Below, in pieces: positions 1-13,374 of a stretch of DNA of 64,000 nt. Below the pieces are notes generated by a model. That model made no database searches. It saw only the letters and a list, made by a program, of their open reading frames with translations, and was not told where the DNA came from. This DNA comes from Mobula birostris (Eukaryota). Both the position numbers and the translations under genes were made by a program. Numbering within the stretch: the first letter of the stretch is position 1; each line of letters opens with the position of its first letter. The stretch covers positions 21,181,309 through 21,245,308 of the forward strand of contig NC_092379.1 of assembly GCF_030028105.1 (NCBI RefSeq), written 5' to 3'.

Positions 1-135
1 ACACACTATGCTGGAAGAGTTCAGCAGGCCTGGTAGCACCTACAATAAAGAGTAAACCATCAAAGTTTCAGACTGATGAAGGGTCTTGGCCTGAATCATT
101 GTTTGTTAACTCTTTTCCATAGATGTTGCCTGGCA
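1..135 (+). mobile_element. Miniature fold-back derivative of a Penelope-like terminal repeat
   Basis: Imperfect inverted arms related to the ends of the Penelope copy at 863, flanking CTGATGA-AGGGTCTTGGCCT-GAAT at 73-96. Confidence 0.6.
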
Positions 136-862
136 TGATCCTGCCTTTAGAATATTTCTTCTTTGGGGTCCATCTGTATTGTGCCTTTCAAATTGCTCCC
201 AGATTCTCCAGCCATTTCTGCTGCGCCGTCATCCCTTCTAGTGTCCCCTTCCAATCAATTTTGGCCCACTCCTCCCTCATACCTCTGTAATTCCCTTCAC
301 TCCACTGTAATACTGACTTTAGATTCTTCTTTTCAAATTAATTGCAGGGTGCATTACATCATATTATGATCACTGGCTCCCAAGTGTTCCCTTACCTAGA
401 ACTGCCCACTCTATTCTGGTTCATTGCACAACGCCCAATCCAGAATAATTGCCAAGTGGGCTCATTCACCCCTAATCTAAAAAAAAAACTCGTAGGAATT
501 CGACAAATTCTTTCCCTTGGGATGCGGCACCAAAATAATTTACTACAGCTTGGGCCATTTTGGCTGCACTGGTGAGCCGAACCAGCTACAAAGTAAATCA
601 AAAACACCCAAGCACCAATCCCTACCACCTACACCATGTCCATATCCCCCCTTCTTCCCTACATCCACTTGCCTCTCCAAACACCTCTAATGTACTTGCG
701 TCTACCACCACACAAGGCAGTGCATTCCAGACATCCCCCACTCTCTGCATATAAAACTCACCCCTCATATCCCCTTCGACCTACACCCCTTTACCTAAAA
801 TTCATTCCCTCTGGTATTACATGTTTCAACCCAGGGAAAGAGATACTCTCTGTCCACACAAC

Positions 863-2120
863 ACACACAAAATGCTGGTGCAACGCAGCAGGCCAGGCAG
901 CATCTAAAGGAAGAAGTACAGTCAACGTTTCAGGTCGAGACTCTTCGTCAGGACAGGAGGGGGAGGGATGAAGTCAAGAGCTGGGAAGTTGATTGGAAAA
1001 AGGGATACAAGGCTGGGGAAGGGGGAGTATCATGGGACAGAAGGCCTTGGAAGAAAGAAGAGGGGAGGGGAGCACCAGAGCAAGATGGAGAACAGGCAAG
1101 GAGTTGTTGTGAGAGGGAAAGAGAGAAAAAAATTATAATAAAGATAATAAATAATAAGGGATGGAGTAAGAAGGGGAGGAGGGGTATTAACAGAAGTTAG
1201 AGAAATCAATGTTCATGCCATCAGGTTGGAGGCTACCCAGAGGGAATATAATGTGTTGTTCCTCCAACCTAAGTGTGGCTTCATCTCGAGAGTAGAAGAG
1301 GCCATAGATTGACATATTGGAATGGGAATGGGACGTAGGATTAAAATGTGTGGCCACAGGGAGATCCTGCTTCCTCTGGCGGACAGAGTGTAGGTGTTCA
1401 GTGAAGCAGTCTCCCAATCTGCGTTGGGTCTCACCAATATATAGAAGGCCACACTGGGAGCACCGAATACAGTATATCACACCAGCAGACTCACAGGTGA
1501 AGAGTCATCTCACCTGGAAGGACTGTCTGGGGCCCTGAATGGTGGTGAGGGAGGAAGTGTAAGGGCAGGTGTAGAACTTGTTCCGCTTACCAAGGTAAGT
1601 GCCAGGAGGGAGATCAGTGGGAAGGGATAGGGGTGATGAATGGACAAAGGAGTCGTGTAGGGAGCGATCCCTGTGGAAAGCAGAAAGTGGCGGGGGTAGG
1701 GAAAAATGTGCTTGATGCTGGGGTCTCATTGTAGATGGCGGAAGTTATGGAGAATTATATGTTGGACATGGAGGCTGGTGGGGTGGTAGATGAGGACAAG
1801 AGGACCCCTATCCCTAGTGGGGTGGCGGGAGGATGGGGTGAGAGCAGGTGTGCGTGAAATGAGAGAAATGCATTTGAGGGTCGAGTCGATGGTGGAGAAA
1901 GGGAAGCCCCTTTCTTTAAAAAAGGAAGACATCTCCTTCGTCCTGGAATGGAAAGCCTCATTCTGAGAGCAGATGCGGTGGAGATGGAGAAATTGAGAGA
2001 AGGGGATGACGCTTTTACAAGTAACAGTGTGGGAAGAGGAATAGTCCAGGTAGCTTTGAGAGACGTGGGCTTATAGTAGACATCAGTAGACCCAAACTCT
2101 CTGTCCACTTTATCGTTGTC
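863..2120 (-). mobile_element. Penelope-like retroelement fragment (RT C-terminus, GIY-YIG endonuclease, terminal repeat)
   Basis: ORF 1187-1480 IYCIRCSQCGLLYIGETQRRLGDCFTEH...LGSLQPDGMN is a GIY-YIG domain with the CCHH pattern. Upstream frameshifted ORFs cover the RT thumb/linker. A hammerhead-like motif lies at 954-921. Confidence 0.88.
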
Positions 2121-2254
2121 TCTCATAATCTTGCAAACCTCTATCAGATTCTGCCACCCCTCAGCCTCCAACGCTCCAGAGAAAACAACCCAAGTTTATG
2201 TGGCCTCTCCTGCTTGCATGTTCCCTCGAAACCAGGCAGCATCCTGGCAAACTT

Positions 2255-3850
2255 CTTCTACACCCTCTCCAAAGCCTCAACTTCCTTCCAACGGTGGGGC
2301 AACCAGAACTGTATGCAGTACTTCAGTGTGGTCTAACCTGACTTTTATAAAAGTTGCAACATAACCTCCTGACTTTCGAACTCAATGCCTCAAATATTAA
2401 AAGCAAGCATTCCTTAAACTTTGTTAACCATCTTATTGACCTGTGTAGCCACTTTCAAGGAGTATGAACTTGGAACGCAAGATTTCTCTGCTCAACAACA
2501 CTGTAAAAGACCTTGCTGTTAAAGGTGTACTGTCTCTTTTCATTTGCCCTCCCGGGGTGTAACACCTCACATTTATCTGGATTAGACTCCATTCTGCCAT
2601 TTCTCAGTCCACATCTGCAGCTGATCAATGTTGTGCTGTATTCTTTGCTAGTCTTCTACACTGCCAACAACTGCACCATTCTTGGTATCATTCACAAATT
2701 TACAAACCCACCCGTCCGCATTTTGATCCAGATCATTTATATACATTACAGACAGCAGAAGTCCCAGCACAGATACCTACGGAACTCCACTAATTACAGA
2801 CCTCCAGCTCGAACAAGTCCCCTAAACCATTACCCTCTGTCTTCTATTCACAAGCCAGTTCTGAATCCAACAGCAAATTTGCTACGGATCCCATGTATGT
2901 TAATCTTCTGGATTAGCCTCCCACGGGGGACTTTGTCAAATGCCCTCCTAAAATCCATGTAGACAACAACCACTGCCCCACCCTCATCAATCTGTCTTGT
3001 CACCTTGTCAAAAAACTCTATCAAGTTGGTAAGGCACAACCTACCACGCTTAAAGCCATGCTGACTCGCCCCAATTAGGCCATGGGTTTCCAAATGCTCA
3101 GATATCCTATCCTTATGATTTTTATTGGGCAATTTCCCTTCAGTTGAAGTGAGATTTACTGGTCCATAGTTCCCACAATTCTGCCTTTTTCCCTTCTTAA
3201 ATTGAGGTACAACATTAGCCACTTGCCAGTCTTCAGGGACCTCACCTGTGGCGAGAGAGGACACAAAGATGCTGGTCAAGGGCCCAGCAAGCTCACCTCT
3301 TGCATCCTTCAATAACCTGGAGTAAATTATATCTGGCCCTGAGGACTTATCCATCTTAATCCTGATCAGGAGGCCCAACACTTCTTTCTCCTTGACCTCT
3401 AAATGCCCGAATGTATTTATATACTCAGCACTGATCTCCTGGTCCTCCATATCCTTTTCCTTGGTGAATACTGAACCAAAGTACTCACTTGGCACCTCAC
3501 TCACATTCTCTGCATTCAAGCAACTGTCCCCTCTTCCCATTCTTGAGTGGTCCCACCCTCTTCTAAGTTATCATCTTCCTCTCGGTGTCTGTATAAAATG
3601 CCTTGAGATTCACCTTAATCCCACTTGCCAAGGACTTTTCATGGCCCTTGCTGGCTTTCCTCATTCCCTTTACTTCCTTTCTCGTTTCTTTACACTCCTC
3701 ATGTGCTTCCTTTGATCCAAACATCTGAAACTTTACATACTTCTTTTCCTTCTTGACTAAATTCATCACCTCTCTGGTTCTCTTATATTTCCATCCCCAC
3801 CCTTCCTTCTAACAGGTACATACCTTTCCTGTCCTCTGTGCAATTGCTCT
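2255..3850 (-). mobile_element. CR1-type LINE, decayed RT region
   Basis: ORF 2848-3540 KSSGPD...WQVANVVPQFKKG...QHGFKRGRLCLTNLIEFF...MDFRRAFDKVP. Confidence 0.9.
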
Positions 3851-3859
3851 TTAAACACC

Positions 3860-5540
3860 CTCCATTCTTTAAGGGAGGAAGGCAAAATAAAGGAAATTAT
3901 AGGCGAGTTATCCAAAACTCAGTGGTTGGGAAGTGTTGAAGTCTCTTTCTTTAGGATGAGGTTTGGGGTATTTGGAGACGAATGATAACATTTGTCAAAG
4001 TCAGCGTCGTTTCTGCAATGGGAAATCTGGCCTGACAAATCTGTTAGAGTTCTTCAAGGAACTAACAAGCAGGCTGGACAAAGGAGAGGCAGTGAATGGT
4101 ATTTACTTGGATTTTGAAAAGTTATTTGATAAGGAGCAACACATGAGGCTGCTTTACAAGATAAAATTGAATGGCGTTACAGGAGAGATATTGGCATGGG
4201 TAGAGGAATGACTGACAGGTAGGAGGCAGCAAGTGGGAATAAAAAGGCCCTTCTCTGGTTGGTTGCCATTGACTAGTGATGTTCCTCAGCATTGAGACCG
4301 CTACATTTCACATTGTTTGGTTATGATTCAGATAATGGAATTAATGGCTCTGTAGCAAAGTTTGTGGATGATACAAAGATAGGTGGAGGGGTAGGTAGTT
4401 CTAAGGAAGCAATGCATTTGCAGTAGGACTTAGATAAATTGGAAGAATGGGCAAAATGTGGCAGATGGAATACAATCTTGGGAAATACATGGTAATGCAT
4501 TTTGGTAAATGAAACTATAGTGCAGACTACAATCTAAATGGGGAGAAGGTTCAAACAACAGAGGTGCAAGGGGACTTAGGAGTCCTCGTGTAAGACTCTC
4601 AGAAGTTTAATTTACAGGTTGAGTCTGTGGTGAAGAAGGCAAATGCAATATTAGCATTTATTTCATGGGAATAAAATATAAAGGCAAGGAGATATTGCTG
4701 AGGCTTTAAAAGACACTAATCAGGCAGCACTTGTAGTATTGTCAACAGTTTTGGGCCCCTTATCTCAGAAAGGGTGTGTTTTCATTGGAGAGAGTCACGA
4801 GGATAATTCCAGAAATGAAGGGGTTAACATATGAGGAGAGTTTGGCAGTGTTGGGCCTGTACTCGCTGGAACTTAGCAGAATGCAGACAGATCTCATTGA
4901 AACCTAGTGAATGTTGAAAGGACGAGATAGGGTGGATGTAGAGAGGATGATTCCTATGGTGGGAGTATGCAGAACAAGAGTGCACAGTCTCAAAATTGAG
5001 GGGGATCTTTCAGAACAGAGGTAAGGAGGATTTTTTTTTAGCCTGAGAGTAGTGAATTTGTGTGTTGGCGTGTGGCCAAATGGTGAAGGCATCTGTCTAG
5101 TGATCTGAAGATCACTGGTTTGAACCTCAGCTAAGGCAGTGTGTTGTGTCCTTGAGCAAGGCACTTAACCACACATTGCTCTGCAACGACACTGGTGCCA
5201 ATCTGTATTGGCCCGAGTCCCTTCCTTTGGACATCAGTGGCGTGGAGAGGGGAGACTTGCAGCATGGGCAACTGCCGGTCCTTGATACAACCTTGCCCAG
5301 GCCAAATCCATGGTTTCACGAGACTACAGATGCCTAAAGTGAATCTGTGGAATGGTCTGTCACAGACTGCAGTGGAGGCCAATTCTGTGGGCATATTTAA
5401 GGCACGTTGATATTTTCCTGATCAGTCAGGGCATCTAAGGATAGGGTGAGAAGGCAGGTTTATGGGGTTGAGTGGAATCCAGGATCAGCCATGATGGAAT
5501 GGCAGTACAGCCTTGATGGGCGGAATGGCCTAATACTGCT
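3860..5540 (+). mobile_element. CR1-type LINE 3' half, interrupted by a SINE
   Basis: RT fragments (LTNLLEFF, LDFEKLFDK, KFVDDTK) and a typical 3' end near 5500-5540. Confidence 0.85.
5063..5337 (+). mobile_element. tRNA-derived SINE with CORE-like segment, inserted in CR1
   Basis: A box TGGCCAAATGG, B box GGTTTGAACC, and TGTGTCCTTGAGCAAGGCACTTAACC. Flanked by a 12-bp near-perfect TSD AGTGAAT(T/C)TGTG (5051-5062 and 5338-5349). Confidence 0.8.
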
Positions 5541-6409
5541 CCTGTCTCACGGTCTTATGTCTGATGTGGACTTGGCAGAGAAAAGGTGTTCCCAATTAAC
5601 GCTTCTTCGTTCTTGCCTAATGCCCTTGTAAATTGCCCTGTGTCAATTTAAATCTTTTCCACAAGGACCATACCTATTCTTTCGATAACTATCCTGAAAG
5701 TTAACAAGTTGTGGTCATGATTCCCGAACTGTTCACCCACTGAAAGGTTAATCACCTGGCCAGGGTCATTCCCCAAAACCAGGAACAGTATGGCCAACCG
5801 CCATAAAAAACTCAGAAACCTATTGACCATTGAAAGGCCCAGATGGGGTTGATGCAGAGAGGATGTCTGCGAGAGTGTCGGGATGTAAGTATACACAGGC
5901 CATTCCCACCGGAGGCTGTTTGTGGAGGGAAGACAGAGAAGGGAAACGTCAGAGAAAATGTCACAGTAGACACAGTGAACCAGACCTCCCACCTACCTGT
6001 TTCTATCCCTGCAGCCATTGATTAAAAGGTCTGCTGGTCCTTCCACCTGTCTTTTATCTGGTTAGAGAAACATGCCGACCGCCTGTCTCTATTGGTTGGA
6101 GGTCTGCATGTTGCCACCCTCGCTTTTTATCTCCATCGGTTTGCCTGCAGATCCGACACACAGCTTGCCTCACCATTGGTGACGTTTGTTTAAAATCGTG
6201 GCAGGGGCTGAATGGCACGAAAATTTTTCAGAAAGGTCCATTTGGTTCATAAAATTAAAGTGGATGTTTCAGCAAAGCTGTAAAATTGTGAAAAGGACAA
6301 GACTTGTGATTGAACACAGAAAACTTTGGGAACAAAAGCGCAGCAGCTTTACGCCTGCACTGAACGGCGATGTTTACCGTTCGTTGCCGTTTAAATTATC
6401 AACATTACA

Positions 6410-7830
6410 TCCTTGATTTTATATTCTAGTCCGCTACATCACATTTGCCTTCCTCACCACCGACTGCAAATTAACCTTTCGAGTATCCTGCACGAGGACT
6501 CGCAAAACACTTTGCGTCTCAGTGTTTCATATTTTCTGTCTATTTTGAAAATAGTCAACCCTTTCATTTCTTCTGCCAAAGAGCATGACCATACACTTCC
6601 CGAATTGTATTCCATCTGCCTCTTCTTTGCCCATTCTTCTAATCTGCCTATCTTTCTGTAGCCTCTCTACTTCCTCAAAATGACCTGCCTCTCGACCTGT
6701 CTTCATATCGTCTGCAAACTTTGCAACGAAGCCATCAAGTCCAACATCCAAATCGTTGACATATAATGTAAAAAGAATCATTCCGAACAAAGACCTCTGT
6801 GGAACACCACTAGTCACCTGCAGCCAACCATAAAAGTCTCCCTTTATTCCCACTCTTTGCCTCCAACCAATCAGTCACTGCTTTAAACATCCTGGAAATT
6901 TTCCTGTCGTACCATGGGCTCGTAGCTTGTTAAGCAGCCTCATGTGTGGCAGCTTGTTGAAGGCTTTCTGAAAATCCAAGCACACAACATCAACTGATTC
7001 TCCTTTGTCTATCTTGCTTTTTATTTCTACAATGAATTCCAACATATTTGTCATGAAAGATTTTCCTTTGAGAAAACCATGCTGACTTCTGCCTATCTTA
7101 CCATGTGCCTTCAAGTACCCCAAAACCACAACTTAACAATCAATTCCAACATCTTCTCAACCACTTAAGTCAGACTAACTGGCCTATACGTTCCTTCCTT
7201 CTGTCTCTCTCCCTTCTTGAAGAGCAGAATGGCATTTGTAATTTCCCAGAATTCCGGAACTATTCCAGAATCTAGGGATTCTTGAAAAATCACAGATAAT
7301 GCCTCTACAATCTCCAAAGCTACCTCCTTCTGAACCCTCGTGTGTACACCATCAGGTCCAGGTGATTTATCTACCTTCAGACCTTTCTATTTCTCAAAAA
7401 TCTTCTCCGTAGTAATGGCAGCTTCACACACGTCATGACCCCAATGCCCGGATGTTCTATCAGACTGCTCATGTCTTCCCCAGCGAAGACTGATGCAAAA
7501 TATTTATTCAGTTCCTCCTGCATTTCCTTGTCCCCTATTACTACCTTTCCAGCATTGATTTCCACTCTTGCCTCTCTTCTACACTTTATGTATCTGAAGC
7601 GACTTTTGGTGTTTCTTTAATATTATTGAGTAGCTTACTTTAGCATTTCATCTGATTCTCCTTATTGACTTTTTTAGTTGCCTTCTGTTGATTTTAAATG
7701 CTTACCAATCCTCCAAATTCCCACCAATTCCAGCTCAATTATATGCCCTCTCTTTGGCTGTTATGTTGCCTTTGAGTTCCCTTGATACCATAATTGTGTC
7801 ATCTTGCCTTTTGAACACTTCTTCCTCTTC
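6410..7830 (-). mobile_element. CR1-type LINE fragments
   Basis: ORFs 6527-6853 (VTSGVPQ...KFADDMK), 6875-7129 and 7377-7565. Confidence 0.85.
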
Positions 7831-7839
7831 AAATCCCCG

Positions 7840-9780
7840 TCTGAATCCTCAGGCAACAGCAATAAGGCATTACTGAGGGTTATTTCCCTCTTGGAAAAAG
7901 ACTTCAAGGGTCAGCGTAAAGGAGGCTTATCCCTTCCTTTGGAACTGGCGGCTGGATTCAATAAGCTTGGCTGCAAGTTCCCCAGACTGTTCAGGTATTT
8001 GCTTTGTCCTGTCCTGATCGAGAGGACATGACTAGATAGTGTTTGGACTCACAGAGTCCTATTGACTGGAAATGGCTTGTTTGTCCTTGAGGGCAGGACT
8101 TGGTCTCTAGGAGGTCTCAGGTTACCTCACACTGAAGGCTGCCCTCTAATTAGTTCTTGGTCACAGGAGTGTTTGTGTCTCGGAATACCATGGTGCAAAT
8201 AAAACCTCTTACGATGAATGGACCAAGCAATGATTCTGCCCTTTCTCCAGTCCACGGATGGGTTATACTGGGACAGCCCAGGGTACCTGAGGATCAGTGA
8301 TATGAGTGAAGAGTCAATAATGTGGAAGCTAGTGTCTTCCACATGACCCCTATCCTCATCTGCAAATCCACAGTCTGTTGCTGGATCTGCCCGGAACCTA
8401 GTGGGCGACCGTCCAAGACAGTTGCGGGCATGTGTTGGCTCAACTCTCACAGCGATATGTGGAACCGATGGGTGGTTCTTAAATCCAGAAAATAACCCAC
8501 TGTCCCAGAGTCCAGGCAGCTCTCACCTGCCTTAAGTTTTTACCCCGGGTGAACTCTGCCTTCAGCATGAACCCAGAGTCAGTTGTATTGGGAGTAGTGA
8601 CTGCAAACGTCACAGTCCTCCTGATACTGGATGATCTTAGCAGTCTCGACGGTTGCAGCCTGGGACACTCGGCTCACCAGTGACATACTCCCCCACAGTA
8701 AAAGCAGCGACTCTGACGCCGGGACCTTTCATCAGCGGAGAGCCCAGCACAACCGACCTGCATGAGTTCGACTGGATCTTGAGCAGCGACGGGCTGGCTA
8801 TGGTCCGATGTTGTGGGGTGGAACTGTGTTGCATGGGGACTGGGCTCAAACTGGCTCACTTTGATTTCCTGAAGTGGTCCCACTTTCGCTCTGCCAGACG
8901 ATTGTTGAGACGGACGGACTGGTCACTCAAAGCCTCGAAGATCTCAGCTGGCTCTCCCAAGACGAGGCATTCTTTAGTTCTTCTGTGGTGGTAGAGCATG
9001 GCCATGGCCTCTCCATTCCAACCACTCTTCTGGGACAAGGTCCAAAATTCGATTGTGTTGTCGGCCGTGGACCATCCCCCTGTCGAATCTTCATCAGGCG
9101 GTCTGAGTCTCAGCTGGCTCCAGTGAGGTGATTAAACACCTTCCTCATGGCAGCCATGAATTCCTCTGAATCCGAGCAGATCTCAGACCGATGTTCCCAA
9201 TGCGCAGTGGCCAAGGCCAAGACTTTTCCAGTCCTGGAGAGAAAATGAAGGTCACCTTTCCTCGCTCTGAAAGGAACTGGGACAGCTGTAGTTCAAACAC
9301 GAGTGAGCATTGGCTGAGGAAGCCACGGTAAGAACCCAAGTCACTGTCGAATCTCTGCAGGGTTGGGAGACCTGCTGGCTCCACAGAAGCACCAACTGGC
9401 TCTCCCGAGTGACCTTGGCTTCCTCCCTGAGAAAGTTGATGAACAGGTACCAGGAGTCGTTAATCTCCAGACCTTGTCTGGAAATCCTTTCACTGTGGCT
9501 CACCACAGTGGACGAAAGACTTTGATATTGCACTGGGTCCATGTTGGCTCAATCGTACTGAGGTGAGAGTCCTTGATAAGGATGGTTTGGACCTAATTGC
9601 CGGGGTAAATGAAGCAAGGTTCTAGTCAGGGTATCAAATTAGAGCTGAGCACAATACTAATGCTGGATGATAGCACAAAGCAGCTTACGATTGAGCGCTG
9701 AACTTCTGTTCAGCTGTTCCTTCAATACTCAATTCTTGGCACACAAACATGATTATCAATTAGCAGGACCGTCCTGATCC
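7840..9780 (-). mobile_element. Decayed Ty3/Gypsy (Sushi-like) gag-protease region with probable LTR remnant
   Basis: Frameshifted pieces MDPVQ..., PTLQRFDSDLGSYRGFLSQCSLVFELQ (gag), RCFYCGGVCHW (zinc knuckle) and LSQYNPSVDWRKGRI (protease-linker region). Confidence 0.75.
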
Positions 9781-10555
9781 CTTCAAGGGGCCGTGCCAGC
9801 TATCCATACTCCCGGAATCTGGTGCAGTTGGGAGTGTCTCATAACAAAGACTTCTGGCTGTTCATGCTCGCCATTGAGAATGCCATGGACACAATCTGTG
9901 ATATCCCTGATCCTGACAGCAGGGATGCAGCATACCATCTGTGTGTCAGTATCGCACCCACAGAACCTCATCCTGATCCTCTGTCTGAGGAATCTCCTAT
10001 CATCACTGCATTCCTCTTCGCCTCTCTCCTCTTCTGAGCCACATCACCAGACTCAGTGCCAGAGACCCAGTCACTCTGACTCCCCTTCAATAGTATATAA
10101 AGTTATAGATTTATTATTGAGGGGAACAGCCACAGGTGTTCTCTGCACTTCTTGTACATTTGCCCTCCTTCTCCTGACAGTCACCCAGACACCTGTCTCC
10201 TGCAACCTTGGGGTGATCTCCTCCCTGTAGCCCCTGTCTATCACCTCCTCATATCTGCCACTTCTTCGACCATTCTTCTGATATTTCTTAGTATTTCTGT
10301 AGCCTCTCTGCTTCCTCAACTCTGCCTTCCCCTCCACCTCTCTTTGTATCATCTGCAAACATGGACATAAAAGCCATCAATTCCGTTATCCAAATTATTG
10401 ACAATTGACATGAAAAGAAGCAGTTGCAACACAGACCCTTGTGGAGCACCACTATTCACTGGCAGCTAACCAGAAAAGACCCTCTTTTCTTTGCCTCCTG
10501 CCAATCAGCCAGTGTTCCATCCATGCCAGTATCTTTCCTGGAATACCATGGCTTC
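9780..10555 (-). mobile_element. CR1 fragments including the ORF1 esterase-like region
   Basis: ORF 9783-9971 RFCGCDTDTQMVCCIPAVRIRDITDCVHGILNGEHEQPEV matches the CR1 ORF1 SGNH-like segment; a short RT piece follows. Confidence 0.7.
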
Positions 10556-10557
10556 TA

Positions 10558-10695
10558 ACACACATAAAATGCTGAAGGAGCTCAGCAGGCCTGGCAGCAT
10601 CTGTGAAAAAGAGTCAATCATCAATGTTTCAGTCTGATGAAGGCTCTTGGCCCAAAACATTGTTTGTTTACTCTTTTCCATAGTTACCGCCTGGC
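10558..10695 (+). mobile_element. Second miniature Penelope fold-back element
   Basis: Paralogous to 1-135; CTGATGA at 10634-10640. Confidence 0.6.
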
Positions 10696-11067
10696 GTCAT
10701 CCCACCTTTAGAATATTTCTTCTTTGGGATGCATCTATCTTGCGCCTTCTGATTTGCACTCAGAATCACCAGCCATTGCAGCCCTGCCATCATCCCTGCT
10801 AGTGTCCCCTTCCAATCAATTTTGGCCTGCTCCTCTCAGTGTCTTCTGCCCTATCCACAACTCCACCAGCCTTGGAATCATGCACAAATTTACCAACCAA
10901 CCCATCTACACTTTCATCCAGATCATTTATATACATTACAAACAACGATAGTCCCAGTACAGACACCTGTGGAACTCCACTAATCACAGCCCTCCAGGTT
11001 GAACATGTCCCTTCAACCACTAGCCACTCTCTTTTATGTGTAAGCCAGTTCTGAATCCAAAAAGATG

Positions 11068-13010
11068 ATTAGACAATAGACAACAGGTGCAGGAGTAGGC
11101 CATTCAGCCCTTCGAGCCAGCATCACCATTCACTGTGATCATGGCTGATCATCCACAATCAGTACCCTTTTCCTGCCTTCTCCCCATATCCCTTCACTCC
11201 ACTATCTTTAAGAGCTCTATCTAACTCTTTTTTGAAAGAATCCAGAGAATTGGCCTCCACTGTCTTCTGAGGCAGAGCATTCCACAGAACCACAGCCCTC
11301 TGTGTGAAGAAGTTTTTCCTCAACATTCTAAATTGTCTACCCCTTATTCTTAAACTGTGGCCTCTGGCTCTGGACTCCCCCAACATGGGGAACATGTTTC
11401 CTGCCTCTAGCGTGTCCAATCCCTTAATAATCTTACATGTTTCAATCAGATCCCCCCTCATCCTTCTAAATTCCAGTGTATACAACCCCAGTCGCTCCAG
11501 TCTTTCAACATATGACAGTACTGCCAACCCAGGAATTAACCTCGTGAACCTACGCTGCACTCCCTCAATAGCTAGAATGTCCTTCCTCAAATTTGGAGAG
11601 GAAAACTGCACACAGTACTCCAGGTGTGGTCTCACCAGGGCCCTGTACAACTGCAGAAGGACCTCCTTGCTCCTATACTCAATTCCCCTTGTTATGAAGG
11701 CCAGCATGCCGTTAGCTTTCTTCACTGCCTGCTGTACCTGCACGCTTACTTTCAGTGACTGATGAACAAGGACTTCCCCTTTTCCTAACTTGACACCATT
11801 CAGATAGTAATCTGCCTTCCTGTTCTTGCCACCAAAGTGGATAACCTCACATTTGTCCACATTAAACTGCACTGCCATGCATCTGCCCACTCACCCAAGC
11901 TGTCCAAGTCACCCTGCATTCTCATAACACCCTCCTCACATTTCACACTGCCAGCCAGCTTTGTGTCATCTGCAAATTTGCTAATGTTACTTTTAATCCT
12001 TTCATCTAAATCATTAATGTATATTGTAAATAGCTGCGGTCCCAGCACCGAGCCTTGCGGTACCCCACTTGTCACTGCCTGACATTCTGAAAAAGACCTA
12101 TTAATCTCTGCTCTTTGTTTCCTGTCTGCCAACCAATTTTCTATCCATGTCAGTACCCTATCCCCAATACCATTTGCTCTAATTTTGCACATTAACCTCC
12201 TATGTGGGACCTTATCAAAGGCTTTCTGAAAGTCCAGGTACACTACATCCACTGGCTTTCCCATATCCATTTTCATAGTCACGTTCTCAAGCATGATTTC
12301 CTCTTCATAAATCTATGCTGACTCGGACCTATCCTGCCACTGCTATCCAAATATGTCACTATTACATCTTTTATAATTGATTCCAGTATCTTCCCCACCA
12401 CTGATGTCAGACTAACTGGTCTACAATTGCTTGTTTTCTCTCTCTCTCCTTTTTTAAAAGGTGGGATAACATTAGCTACCCTCCAATCTGTAAGAACTGA
12501 TCCTGGATCTATAGAACATTGGAAAATAATTACCAATGCGTCCACGATTTCGAGAGCCACCTCCTTAAGTACCCTGGGATGCAGACCATCAGGCCCTGGG
12601 GATTTATCAACCTTCAGTCCGATCAGTTTACTCAACACCATTTTGTGCCTGATATGAATTTCCCTCGGTTCCTCTGTTACCCTAGGTCCTCTGGCCACTA
12701 TTACATCTGGGAGATTGTTCGTAACTTCCCTAGTGAAGACAGATCCAAACCACCTGTTCAGCTCGTCTGCCATTTCCTTGTTCCTCATAATAATTTCCCC
12801 GTTTCTGCCTTCAAGGGCTCAACTTTGGTCTTAACTATTTTTTCCCTCTTCACATACCTAAAGAAGCTATGACTATCCTCCTTTATATTTTTGGCTAGCT
12901 TACCTTCGTATCTCATCTTTTCCCCCCATATTGCCTTTTTAGTTATCTTCTGTTGCTCCTTAAAAGTCTCCCAATCCTCTGGCTTCCCACTCATCCTTGC
13001 TATGTTATAC
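11068..13010 (-). mobile_element. Relatively well preserved 5'-truncated CR1 LINE nested in an older CR1
   Basis: Overlapping ORFs 12785-12994, 12279-12788, 11800-12294 and 11159-11890 rebuild RT plus the C-terminus. The 3' tail has short (CAATAGA)-type repeats; older CR1 sequence continues on both sides. Confidence 0.93.
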
Positions 13011-13374
13011 TTCCTCTCTTTTATTTTTATAATTTGCCACGTATCCCATGCATCTTAATCTTCTGGATTAGCCTCCCATGGGGGACTTCGTCAAATGCCT
13101 TGTTAAAATCCATGTGGACGGTATCCACTGCCTTGCCTTCATCAATCTGGCTTGGCAGCTTGTCAAAAAACCCAATTAAGTTGGTAAGGCACAACTTGTG
13201 CCACAGAAACTCATGCTAGCTCTCCCTTCTTAGGCCTTGGGTTTCCAAATACTCAGATAATCTATCTCCAAGATTTTTCTTTAGCAATTTCCCTTCAACT
13301 TACGTGAGACTCACCAGTCTATAGTTCACAGGATTTTGCCTTGTTCCCTTCTTAAGCAGAGGTACAACATTAGA

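Noticed and set aside
5063-5135. tRNA genes (also 57004-57075)
   Set aside because: A/B boxes belong to SINE heads followed by SINE bodies and tails; no complete cloverleaf is evident.
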